Of a DNA stretch of 64,000 bases, positions 11,841-22,759 are shown piece after piece (position 1 is the first letter of the stretch; each line of letters starts with the position of its first letter). The DNA lies in NCBI GenBank assembly GCA_038087875.1, contig CM075977.1, positions 84,506,001-84,570,000 on the forward strand. Direction: 5' to 3'. The notes under the pieces were generated by a model, which was not told the DNA's origin, did not search any database, and saw nothing but the letters and a program-made list of their open reading frames with translations. The position numbers and the translations under genes were made by a program. The stretch comes from Malacoraja senta. Lineage: Eukaryota.

Positions 11841-12130
11841 TTTAACCACAATCCATTTTTCCTCAGGTAATGCATGGACAGATACAATGTGAATAATTTT
11901 ACTGTTCTAAAATCATTAACATAAATTACTCTTGTATTTTCCTAATCAGGAAATAAAGATGGAGGAAGCTTTGATCAGCACAGGTATCCATACTTTTTAT
12001 TCTCTTCAACAACTTTCATTCCGTCTAATTGCATGAGCTGGCCCATTGAAGCTTCGTTTACTTTGATTGTATGTTCCATCCAGCATTCTTTGATGCATGA
12101 TAGCTCATTCTTTAACAAATAACAACTAAT
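11841..12130 (+). promoter_or_regulatory. Cluster of splicing-regulatory motifs around the SULF1 microexon (RBFOX TGCATG x3, QKI-type ACTAAT/CTAAT)
   Basis: TGCATG at 11871, 12030 and 12094; ACTAAT at 12125 (also 12490); CTAAT inside the acceptor at 11942. Confidence 0.6.
11950..11983 (+). CDS. SULF1: SULF1 34-nt penultimate microexon, (G)NKDGGSFDQH(R); frame-shifting cassette
   Basis: Acceptor ttttcctaatcag and donor gtatcc; resembles SULF1 GNKDGGSYDLHR; phase 1 in, phase 2 out. Confidence 0.92.
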
Positions 12131-13536
12131 TCTTATTTCAGACCATCTGTTTTTATTCAACTCTACTCTTTGGGATCCACAAGAGTCCTAATAATTCGCT
12201 TTCGTTGTGATCCCAGCTCAGTTGTTGCTCCTTGAAGGTGAAAGTAATTTCAGAGTGAAGAGAAATGGACTGATTCCTACCATTCCCTCCATCTCTTTCA
12301 AACACATATGTCCATATAAATGTACGCACACACATTTTACACTTGCACGCTAACACAGTCCCATGATTGCTTGAAAACTGAACCGTGTTCATATGTTGTA
12401 CCCCATATTGGAACCAAATCACCTAGAGAATATTAACAAACTTTAAGCACAAATTATGTTCAAAGCAAATCCAAATCTGTGGTCTTTACACTAATTTAAA
12501 AACCATTCAGTTTGAAACCATGAAATTGTCCCTGGTCCTGGATGGAATATTATTATTGTTCAAATTTACCAATGTCGAAGATAAGTTTTGAGTATGAATT
12601 AGACTTGTGGTTCTTTTCTAAGTTACTTTTCCAACCTTTTATCGCTTTGCAACTGGTAAGCTTCACATTCACTTTCTATCTGGCAGATAGCTTCTAAACT
12701 CTAATATGAATTTACTAAATTGCATTAACCAATAAAAGCACAAACTTCCACTCGTGGCGTAGAATTTGACAGAATATCTATCGGCAGTACCTACACAATA
12801 CTTGATGGTGCTGCTCAGGGAAGAGAGGAAGTGTTTCCACTGACTACTCAACCACATGTCACATGTTCCTCTCCCAGTTTCCAGAGTATGGAATCAGAAA
12901 CAGCTTAACTAACCCGCACTCTAAGCTCCAAAATTGTGTGTAGCACAGTGTAGCACAAGGGGAAGAAAATAAGGGGGGAAACTATTAAATAGACAACTAG
13001 AAATTCCAGTAATGTGGTCCTTATACTCAATGACACTTGGAGGAAGTGAGTGCAAATAGGTGGAAATAATAAAGCATTTAATAAATTAATTAAATTATCC
13101 TATCATATACTGCAAAGAATCACACTACAATAGGTATATTTTATTTGAGATAATCTAACATATAAATATATTTATGTAGACTCAGAAAATGAATAATGTA
13201 CCAAGATAACCTTAATCTTAGAATCTAATTGTTTGATCTTTGCCTCTTTTTATTCCTGCTACCTGGTTGCCAGGCTACAGCAGCATCGAAAGTGGCCAAA
13301 GTTGAGGAGGCCGAGCTTCAAGTCCTTGTGAGTGAACAAAAGCTATTCTTTAGTAACCAGTAGGGAAGCGATCACTGTCGCAACTTAACTCTTGAGTTTT
13401 TAATTCACGTGCATCCCCAAATCAATGTTGTAGTTGTGTAACACTTCTATTTCCACTTCTTCTTCCTGAAAATGTACCAGCAGCAAAATATTTATTATTT
13501 CCTTATAATTGCCGAAGAACCACTCAGAAGTGATGG

Positions 13537-13742
13537 TAGACAAAAATGCTGGAGAAACTCAGCGGGTGAGGCAGCATCTATGGAGCGAAGGAAAGAGGCA
13601 ACCCTTCTTCTAACCCGAAACTGGGTTTCGACCCGAAACGTTGCCTATTTCCTTCGCTCCATAGATGCTGCCTCACCCGCTGAGTTTCTCCAGCATTTTT
13701 GTCTACCTTCGATTTTTCCAGCATCTGCAGTTCCTTCTTAAA
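13537..13742. mobile_element. Penelope-derived near-perfect hairpin element with ~16-bp TSD
   Basis: Arms gtagacaaaaatgctggagaaactcagcgggtgaggcagcatctatggagcgaaggaaa and its reverse complement. TSD cactcagaagtga(t/c)gg at 13521-13536 and 13743-13758. Confidence 0.85.
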
Positions 13743-14379
13743 CACTCAGAAGTGACGGTGGCTGTGATTTTGCAGCTGTGGTTGCAAGGAATTGATTCCT
13801 TCTGGTATTATTGGGGTATAAAACAATGACATCTCTGTTAACACACACATCAATGGTATGCTTTCAGGGTGCTTTCAAATGGACATTGCTGTGGCAACGC
13901 ATAAAAGATTTGGTGGTGTTGTGTCTCTTACTACTGTTTTATCATTCTCAAAGAATGATAAGGTGGGATGAGCGAGAACATGGCTCCTGTTGGAGAAATG
14001 GGATGACTGTAGAGAAGGATGTGCTAGTTCAGTCCTGGACTTCTTCAAGTCTTCCCACAGAACAATCTAATAACTGGAGACAAAAGCCTTTTAATGAGGA
14101 GTTTGAGTTTAGTTAGTTGTCACATGTACCTAGGTACAGTGAAAAGCTCTTGAAGCGTGCTAACCAGTCCAATGACTAATGGCTATTCTTCAATATCCCC
14201 CTGCCATTTATTGCAAAATAACCATGGCAAAACTCTTTATTATCTTTCCTTGCTGACTTAATTTGGGGAATAGAATGCATTAGTATGTTGCAAAGCATCC
14301 TTAGCTAATAAATTAGGTATGAGTATGAGTATTGAGCAGGTGACAACTAAAATAAATTTACAGACAACAAGCAGTCAGC

Positions 14380-15285
14380 ACCAGGCTCGCACCAGGGTCT
14401 CTGCCATACCCCACAACACTGCTCTCTCTCCCCATCCCCCCACTCACAACAAGGGCAGAGTCCCCCTAGTCCTCACCTTTCACCCCACCAGCCGTCACAT
14501 ACAACAAGTGATCCTCCGTCAGTTTCGCCACCTCCAACGTGACCCCACCACTCGCCACATCTTCCCATCTCCCCCCATGTCTGCCTTCTGCAAAGACCGC
14601 TCCCTCCGTAACTCCCTTGTCAATTCTTCCCTTCCCTCCCATACCACCCTCTCCCCTGGTACTTTCCCTTGCAACTGCAAGAGATGCAACACTTGTCCCT
14701 TCACCTCCCCCCTCGACTCCATTCAAGGACCCAAGCAGTCGTTCCAGGTGTGACAGAGGTTCACCTGCATCTCCTCCAACCTCATCTATTGCATCCGCTG
14801 CTCTAGATGCCAGCTGATCTACATCGGTGAGACCAAGCGGAGGCTTGGCGATCGTTTCGCCGAACACCTCCGGTCGGTCCGCAATAACCAACTTGACCTC
14901 CCGGTTTCTCAGCACTTCAACTCCCCCTCCCATTCCGTATCTGACCTCTCTGTCCTGGGTCTCCTCCATGGCCACAGCGAGCAACACCGTAAATTGGAGG
15001 AAATGCACCTCATATTCCGCTTGGGCAGTCTACATCCTGGGGGCTTGAACATTGAATTCTCCCAATTCTGCTAGCCCTTGCTGTCCCCTCCCCTTCATCA
15101 GCCCTCTGGTTGTCTCCTCCCCTCCCCCAGCCCTCGGGCTCCTCCTCCGCCTTTTTCCTTTTTTCCTTTCTTCTCCCCACCCCCTATCAGTCTGAAGAAG
15201 GGTTTCGGCCCGAAACTTTGCCTATTTCCTTCGCTCCATAGATGCTGCTGCACCCGCTGAGTTTCTCCAGCATTTTTGTGTACCT
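14380..15285 (+). mobile_element. Penelope-like element 3' fragment: GIY-YIG endonuclease plus terminal repeat with hammerhead-like core
   Basis: Translation gives RVPLVLTFHP...CNCKRCNTC...NLIYCIRCSRCQLIYIGETKRRLGDRFAEH...HFNSPSH. There is an in-frame TGA at 14751, and ctgaagaagggtttcggcccgaaa at ~15192. Confidence 0.9.
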
Positions 15286-15966
15286 ACCAGTCCTTAGCAC
15301 ACATCAGTTTTGCTCTTTGCTGTTATATCTGCTAGTTTCACATGTATTGATCAAGTTATTGTAGACTAATGGTCATGTCCACATACACGTGTACTGTTTA
15401 CCTCCTGATTACAGTAGGGGCCTGTTCCTGTAAACTATTTGTGACCTGGACAGTTTGCAAGTTGGAAATGCATCGAGAACCATTCCCACATGGTAGACAA
15501 TGTCTGCAGTCCCAAAATAGCTGGGAGGGACCTGACCCATATTTCGCCATTGTCCTGATATTACACTGCCCTGATATGACCATTCAAGATGTTAAAGTTG
15601 TTTCCCCTGAGGTATTAGCAGAGGTATTAGCCCATTAGTTCCAATTTGGCATCCCACAGAATAATTTCATATATTAATATGTTAGGATTATTGTAATTTG
15701 TAAATGGATTCTGCCCACTCTTCTCACCAACCTGACCTCAAGGACCCTCGTAGCTCTGTCTGAGTTACATGGATTCAAGTTTCACTCCAGGCCCTGTAGC
15801 AAAGAATCCAGAACACATCTGCCTTACCAACAGGATGAGATGAGATATGTGCTATTGAGTAAATGTAAAATATTTCTGAAAACCACCTGAAAGAAAATCT
15901 GAGTAGTGAGTTTGTTGGCCATGCCTTAAACTGAAGGTGTACTGAAACATGCAATCCGGTTATTTA

Positions 15967-16277
15967 GGGCAGCACAGTGGTGCAGCAGTAGAGCTGTTGC
16001 CTCACAGTGCCAGAGACCCAGGTTCGATCCTGACCTCGGGTGCTGTTTGTGAGGCGTTTGTATGTTCTCCCTGTGACTGCATGGGTTTCTTCGGATGCTC
16101 TGTTTTCCTCCCATATTCCTAAGACGTGCAGGTCTGTAGGTTAATTGGCTTCTGTACATTGCCATGAGTGCGTACGGCATAGAACTAGTGAATGGGTGAT
16201 CTAAGGTCAGTGTGGACTCGGTGGGGCAAAGGGCCTGTTTCCACACTGTATTTCTAAACTAAACTAAACTAAACTAA
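15967..16277 (+). mobile_element. Full-length tRNA-derived V-SINE (HE1-like) with CR1-type 3' end and (ctaaa)n tail
   Basis: A-box tggtgcagcagtag, B-box ggttcgatcc, V-domain, then gggcctgtttcc...ctaaactaaact. Confidence 0.85.
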
Positions 16278-17234
16278 TTCCATTAATGCTTATGGGTGTT
16301 TGAGCTTGTTCTTATAAATTCCTGTGAGATTCCCTGTGGGGTGAAGTTTGTGATGTTCTGCAGGTCTGTGCATTGTATAAGAAACCTTGTAAGCACACAA
16401 GACATTTCATGTATTCTCTTTCATATCAGAACATTCCAGATGCACAGTCCCTAATTGTTCATCTGGGGATCATTCACTTGGATGGTTGTCCATGATTTGA
16501 ATAATCACAGGCAGTCCATCCTCATTTTGCCAAGATCTCCTTGACAGCCCCACCAACAATCTGCAGTTTCAAAACATATTGGTCTATTTTAGCAGCAACA
16601 TTTAGGAGTTAAATGAAAATAATTGACAGACCTGCCCATATCCTTCCTGCATTTCCAATATCATTATCTATCCTTTCACAGTATGTTCATCTTCCTGTCG
16701 GCACTCAGTGGAAAGATAGCATTGATCGTTGTTTAATGGAGATTGTACAGTACATACAGCAGATGAACCAAAGTGATCAGTTCTGGGCTTGTCTATTGCA
16801 CTGGTGACAATGCTAGAGCATAAATCACTTCATGTCAGTAAATAACAGCTCATTCTGCCAATGGATTGACATCATTCTCATGCATTGTCCATTTCACTAA
16901 TTAAACTTTTCTTTAGCATGTAGGTTCATCGAGTTGCTGCTACTGCATGGCTTTTCTGTTTATCCTGCACATTTAACGATGAGTCGTCTTTCGCTGCCTT
17001 TTCCCTAAGGAGAAACCATTTCATCCAGCTAGAAGATCATTTGCCGCCTCACCTCGTGTTAATTTTCTTCAGATTTGCTTTGATTTTTAGCTCTAACTTT
17101 CTCACGGGCTGCGCAGTTTATCTAACAGGATCTCACAGATTGCCATATACTTCATTTCTACTTCCCTGGCTAGTAACATGGTTTTCTTAGATTGCCATTG
17201 TGATATATTATATTTATAACAGATATTGTAAGTA

Positions 17235-17735
17235 TTACATGGATAGGACCGCTTTGGAGGGATATGGACCAAATGTGGGAAGGTGGGACTAGTGTAGCTG
17301 GGGCAAGTTGGGCCGAAGGACCTGTTTCCACACTATCGCTGTATGACTCTATGACTCTGCTATACAAATAGTGGTTGAAGAAATTGCATGGGATTAATTT
17401 TGAATTTTGGGCAGGAGTAAGGATATTTATTCATGGGCACCCATTTGTGCATTTGAGACAATCTCATTCAATCCCGGTGGCTAGTTGCTGGGCTTTGCCG
17501 AACATCCTAGTGCAGTTTGGTAGATTCAAAGTTGAATCAAGGCAGCCCTCCGGGAGGTAGATCACCTTGGGTTGTAGGGATGGGAAGAGGCAGTGATCAA
17601 AGAACAGCAACAACCTATGAGGAGAAGCCAGGAGATGGGGTTGAGGTGGAAAATTACATCAGCCATGATCGAATGGCAGAGCAGACTCGATTAGCCGAAT
17701 GGCCTAATCCTGCTCCTATGTCTTATGGTCTTATT
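17235..17735 (+). mobile_element. Two short CR1 3'-end fragments (~17235-17357 and ~17615-17735)
   Basis: gagggatatggaccaaatg...gggccgaaggacctgtttcc...(ctatgact)n; and atcagccatgatcgaatggcagagcagactcg...cctgctcctatgtcttatgg. Confidence 0.7.
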
Positions 17736-18066
17736 GTAATGAGCTATGGAAGAGCAGTTCTATTTTGCAGTCCACAAAAGTAATTTGATACCTATCTTCA
17801 CTAACCTCATCAATTCGCAACTTTGGGCTTTGGTTAACCCTCTCCAAGTGAAGTGCCACACCATATTTGGCCACATTACAAGACCATTACTACTCTATTA
17901 AGGCAAGGCAGCAGCAATTAATATAGTTCCCAATTAGTTTAAAATATGAGGGGAGCTTTCCAATGTAATTTTTTTTGAGAATGTATTTTTTTGATAATTA
18001 ATGTAACTTAAAAGCTGTGCATTAAACTGGTATTGTGAGATCCCTCCTATCAACTCCGTTTTTTAT

Positions 18067-19024
18067 GGCGGACTCACAAAAATTAATATCATATTTATAT
18101 AATAGTATTCTTAACAGAGAATTGCCATCAACAGAGGCAATTAGAGAAGACTGGGAAAAAGAATTAATGACAAAAATTTCTAAAGAAACATGGGAAAGGT
18201 ATTTGATATATATACATAAATGTTCTATTAACGCTAGACACAATTTAATTCAATTTAAAATATTACATAGATTATATAATTCAAAAGTTAGGTTGAATAC
18301 ATTTTATTCAAATATTTCTCCCATCTGTGATAAATGTCTTTCTCAAAACGCCAATATCACACATTCATTCGTTTCTTGCACAAAACCTCATGGATTTTGG
18401 TTTGATATATTTGATATATTCACTAGTTTATTTAAGATAAAAATGGAACATTGAAATTATTATCTTTTGAGTAATAGATGGGAACAAATTAAATATATCC
18501 CAAATTTCATTTTTTAATTATGGTTTAATAACAGCAAAAAAACTCATACTTAAATTTTGGAAAAATGCTACTATGCCAACACTCAAATGTGGATTGGTAA
18601 TATGTTGGAAACTGCCCACTTGGAAGAAATGAGACTCCTCCTAATAGACAAACAAGACCAATTCTTAACGAGTTGGGCTCCATTTATTGACCTTTTGGAT
18701 TCATGTGGTGCAACAGTATCGTAAAATTAAAAATTCTGGATTTGGGCGAATAATGATCAAGAATATAAAAAAGCATTGACTTGTGGCGAGGGAGAATCTC
18801 CTTTCTGCTTCACTTTCTTACTTATTTATTTTCTTTACTTCACATTCACTAGACTTTTCTTTACTCTTTACTACTTCTTTCTTTCTCATTTCTTTCTAAA
18901 AAAAAAGGGAAGTTGTACAAAGAATGTTATAATAACTTTGGGAACCTGTAAAAAGGTACCATCAAAATGTAATGTACGTACTTCTAATAAATAAAATATT
19001 TAAAAAATAAAAAATAAAAAAAAC
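18067..19024 (+). mobile_element. L1-clade LINE 3' fragment, same family as 7719-8844, not inverted
   Basis: ORF 18035-18454 is near-identical in protein to the other copy; aataaa plus A-rich tail; probable TSD ctcc(g/a)ttttttat at 18054-18066 and 19025-19037. Confidence 0.88.
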
Positions 19025-20559
19025 CTCCATTTTTTATTTCCATTGCATTCAAAGTGCTGGATTTGATTTCTGGACATTGGTTGCAATGGAAATGAAAAAT
19101 GGAGTTGAGAAGAAGAATCCCACAATGCCAGTTCAATGCCCTTTTTAAAAAAAAATTAATGAAGGCTCGACATGTTATCTACACAGTTTATAATTTTAAT
19201 GCTGAAACAAATGCTGCAAAGCAGCTACCTGACCTCTTCTTGACCTCGCTCTCTTTTCATGGTTTAAGAAGAGATCGGCTATGGTTTGCCTCAACTCTGA
19301 TTTTGTCTCTATTTTCCTAAAAGCACAGTTTGTCTCTTTAGCCTGTAATGATATTTTTTTTATCTTGGTCAAGCTTGACAATATGTCTTCTGATTTCAGT
19401 TTTGTTTATCAGGTATGGTTTTGACATTGTTGTTTCTATAAAATCTGGTAATAAATACATGTCAAAAAGAATTCTAATGGAAATGAAAATCAAGGAATTT
19501 CCATAAAAATTATAAAGCTTATTTAAACTCCACTGGTGAAAAATCAAATGCATTCTTTTCCCCAAATCAGGCAGTTCAATCCCTGTGTTTCCCTGGCACA
19601 GTCTGATCCAATACACTCCCAGCCAGTGCTCCATTCTACCCCTGTAAACATAAGCTAATCCCAATTTCCCCAACCTGTGACATAACCTGCAGCAAGCCCA
19701 TTTGTTCCATCACCTGCACTCACCGACCTACACCAGCTCCCAGTTATGCAACACGATGATTTTAAAATCCTTATCCTTCGTTTCGCTCCCTACAAACCCT
19801 TGCCTCTTCCTTCTCTCTCTTAACTCATTCATCCATTTCTGGAAACCTGCATCAGTATTACGGTATGTGTCAGGATGTCAAATCCTGTGACAAATATGGG
19901 TTGTTTTATTGCATTCTAGGTACTATACAAACACAAGTTCTTGTGGTTGATAAAGCTCTTGTGGAGTGATTGTTAACAGCAAGAGGAAAGCTTCAACTTC
20001 CAGATTGACCACTCTATATACATTCAAAGGAAAGGATGAGATTCCTGATAGATCCCTACATTATATTCCTTTATGCCAAAGATTTGAGAAAGTAAACAAA
20101 GTAAAATGCTGCAGATGTTGGAAATAGTCAAAGTTTGTGAAGAAGGAAACAAAGTTAAGTTTGTATATATGTGATCTTTCGCTGGAATTGAAGACAGCAG
20201 CGATTAACATCTTATAAACCAACAAGGAGCTGGGGAAATGGTGCAGGCAGATGTGAGGTGGTTTGGAGAGTGTTGAGGAAGGCAGTGTGAGCATGGAGTG
20301 ATCTGTGCTTGGACAGTGAGCAAGAGTGATTGAATCATAATATGGCAGAAAAAAACTGTTTGTGGCAAAGAAGATGCAAACAAGACAATCTTGGGGATGA
20401 GCTAAATAGAATCCCAGTTTGGGGATAGAATAGAGCTGTACAAGTAACATACGTTTTGCAGAGATCAAGTATAAAGACAATTGAGGTAATTTATTTAGCT
20501 TTCCTGACATTCAACCCAGACATAGACTTTGAATGCTAATCAAAATGAAACTCTGGGTG

Positions 20560-20832
20560 GTGGAATCGAGAACTAGACGACATAGGTGAGAGGGAAAATA
20601 TTTAATTGGAACCTGAGGAACAACTTTCTCACACAGAGAGTGGAAGGTATATGGAGCAAGCTGTCAGAGGGAGTTGTTGAGGTAGGTACAATAATAGCAC
20701 TTAAAAGATATTTGAACAGGTACATGGTTGGGAAGCTTTAGAGGGATATGGGCAAAAAGTAGGCAAATGAGACTAGTTTCGATAGGGTATATTGGTTGGC
20801 ATGGACGGGTTGGGCCATATGTATGACTCTAG
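20560..20832 (+). mobile_element. Degenerate CR1 3' fragment
   Basis: gaatcgagaactaga...acacagagagtgg...gagggatatggg...gggttgggcc. Confidence 0.7.
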
Positions 20833-22728
20833 GAATGATGTCTAGGTCCTGCTGCATGCAGGCATTGACTGATTAAGCTGCTGAGGAATTGCCGATGAAA
20901 TTGAACTTTGTAGAATTGTTAGTGAACTTCCACACATCTGACCTTACGATAAAAAGAAAGTCATTGATGGAGTAATGAATGATCCTTGGGCTTTGGATAC
21001 CTCCCTGAGGAACTCCTGCAGTGATATGCTGAGGTTGGGATGCCCTTCAACAATCATAACCATCAACCTTGGTGCAGGTACAACTCCCTTTCATCCCCAG
21101 TCCGTTAAACCAGAATTCCTTGATGCCACATTTAGTCAAGTGTTGTCTTAATGTTAAAGACAATCACTGTCACCTCACATCTGGAATTCAGCTCTTTGAT
21201 TTACATTTTGACCAGGCAGTGGTAAGGTCTTTATAAAGTGCTTCTGGCAAAGTGCAGAAGGTTATTGGTGATGAAGTGCCGCTTGATAGCACTGTAAAGA
21301 ACACCTTCCATCCTCTTGTTGGTGGTTGACAGTTGACTAGGCGGTTAGTTCAGCTTTTCTATTGGATTTGTTTTGCTTTTAGAAAAACGGGATATTCCTG
21401 AGTAATTTTTTTGTTGGGTAGAGGAGGGTTAGTAATTGTACTGAAATCGTTTGACTCGAGATGTTGTTAACACTAAATTGCACTGGGATGTTATATGATC
21501 CAAAATCCTATGCTGTGTCCAGTACTCTCAACTATTTCTTAATGAAGATTATAATTTCCTAATATCACGTGGCATGATCAAGTTGACTGGGTAATGTGAT
21601 CTGTGGTTGTGAGGTCTCCTGAGGAAGCTGAGATGGATTATTCAAGCATCTACTTGCCAATTCTGTCTGAACGTGCAAGCTATTCCTCCATCGTTGTCTT
21701 TGACACTCACTTGCTGGCCCCCATTTCTTCGGGATGGAGATATTCTTGAAGCCTCCTCTCCCCCACCATTAACCTTTAATTGTGCTCTACCTTACACCAC
21801 CAGAAGTGACAGGTCTGCAGAGCTTTGGCCTGATCCATTGGTTATAACTTCACTTGACTCTCTCTAATGCATGCTATTTCTGCTGCTTAACAAGCATGCA
21901 TTCCAATCCCACCAGGTTGCTCCTGTCTCCACATTTAAGGGAAAGACTGAAACCAAATATTCAGAAGAGTAGAATGCAAAGGTGTTAGAGCTACTGATTG
22001 GGGAAGGACATGCTGTTACCCATATCTTAAGCAATGCCATTGACAACATGAGGATAATGGGTATTACAATCTGGAAGTAGATGCTAAATGTCAATTCTGA
22101 GATATTGTATGTATTAAATAAGACATTTGTGTTAAACTGGAGATGTTTTTTGTTGAACTAAACTTTCTGTCAAATATGTATTAAACAGGGACAAGGAAAT
22201 AAATAAAATAAAGTAAAGGTGTATATATATTTATCGACATGTGTGAGCAGAGGCATCATTGCATGTGTGAGCAAGAAATAATATGGATATTATCCTAAAA
22301 TAATATGATCATTAATGTCGTTTTTTTTGTAAAACGTATCTGATTTCACGGTAATCTAATATTAAGGGCAGTAATAAAGTGGATTTTTTTTTTAATAACA
22401 ACGTGGTTGCTGTAAAATCAAAATGGTCACATATTTGACATTTCCTTTACAGAATCTGCTTTTGACATTTGTGACTTTGTTTTATTAATCATTTCTCTCT
22501 GAGCATTCTTCTAGTGTCTCATGTTGGGGTGTGTGCTTTCAATCTGCTTCTGCTGTGCAACTTTGTTAATGGCTTTTTGTAGTGAGATGTGCTGTCTCTA
22601 ATTTTGCTTTGAATAACCAGCTGATAGTGGAGCAGATGCATGTCTGCACACAAGCACAGTGCTTCAGCAACTATGGATGGTCGACGTACGTGAAAATAAA
22701 CTATTTCAATCTTTGTTTCTGCCTGCAG

Positions 22729-22759
22729 AGGACAGCTATGGGATGGATGGGAAGGTTAA
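22729..22759 (+). CDS. SULF1: SULF1 terminal exon, canonical frame (R)GQLWDGWEG*
   Basis: Acceptor tttctgcctgcag ends at 22728; canonical SULF1 C-terminus GQLWDGWEG; TAA at 22757-22759. Confidence 0.95.

Noticed and set aside
14319-15260. Several overlapping 60-180-aa ORFs as host genes
   Set aside because: All fall within a Penelope-like element with an in-frame stop.
15967-16040. tRNA genes at the SINE heads
   Set aside because: A and B boxes are present but there is no complete cloverleaf, and each continues into a SINE body.
22441-22582. Possible further acceptor (tttcctttacag, AG at 22451-22452) giving RICF* or a ~43-aa hydrophobic tail
   Set aside because: The hydrophobicity is what T-rich intron sequence gives by default, and there is no homology or other support.
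22659-22728. The 323-aa ORF as a stand-alone single-exon gene starting in the intron
   Set aside because: The track start is a GTG, the first 23 codons are intronic and include the polypyrimidine tract, and there is no signal peptide. The exact phase match to the 9603 donor explains the frame better.
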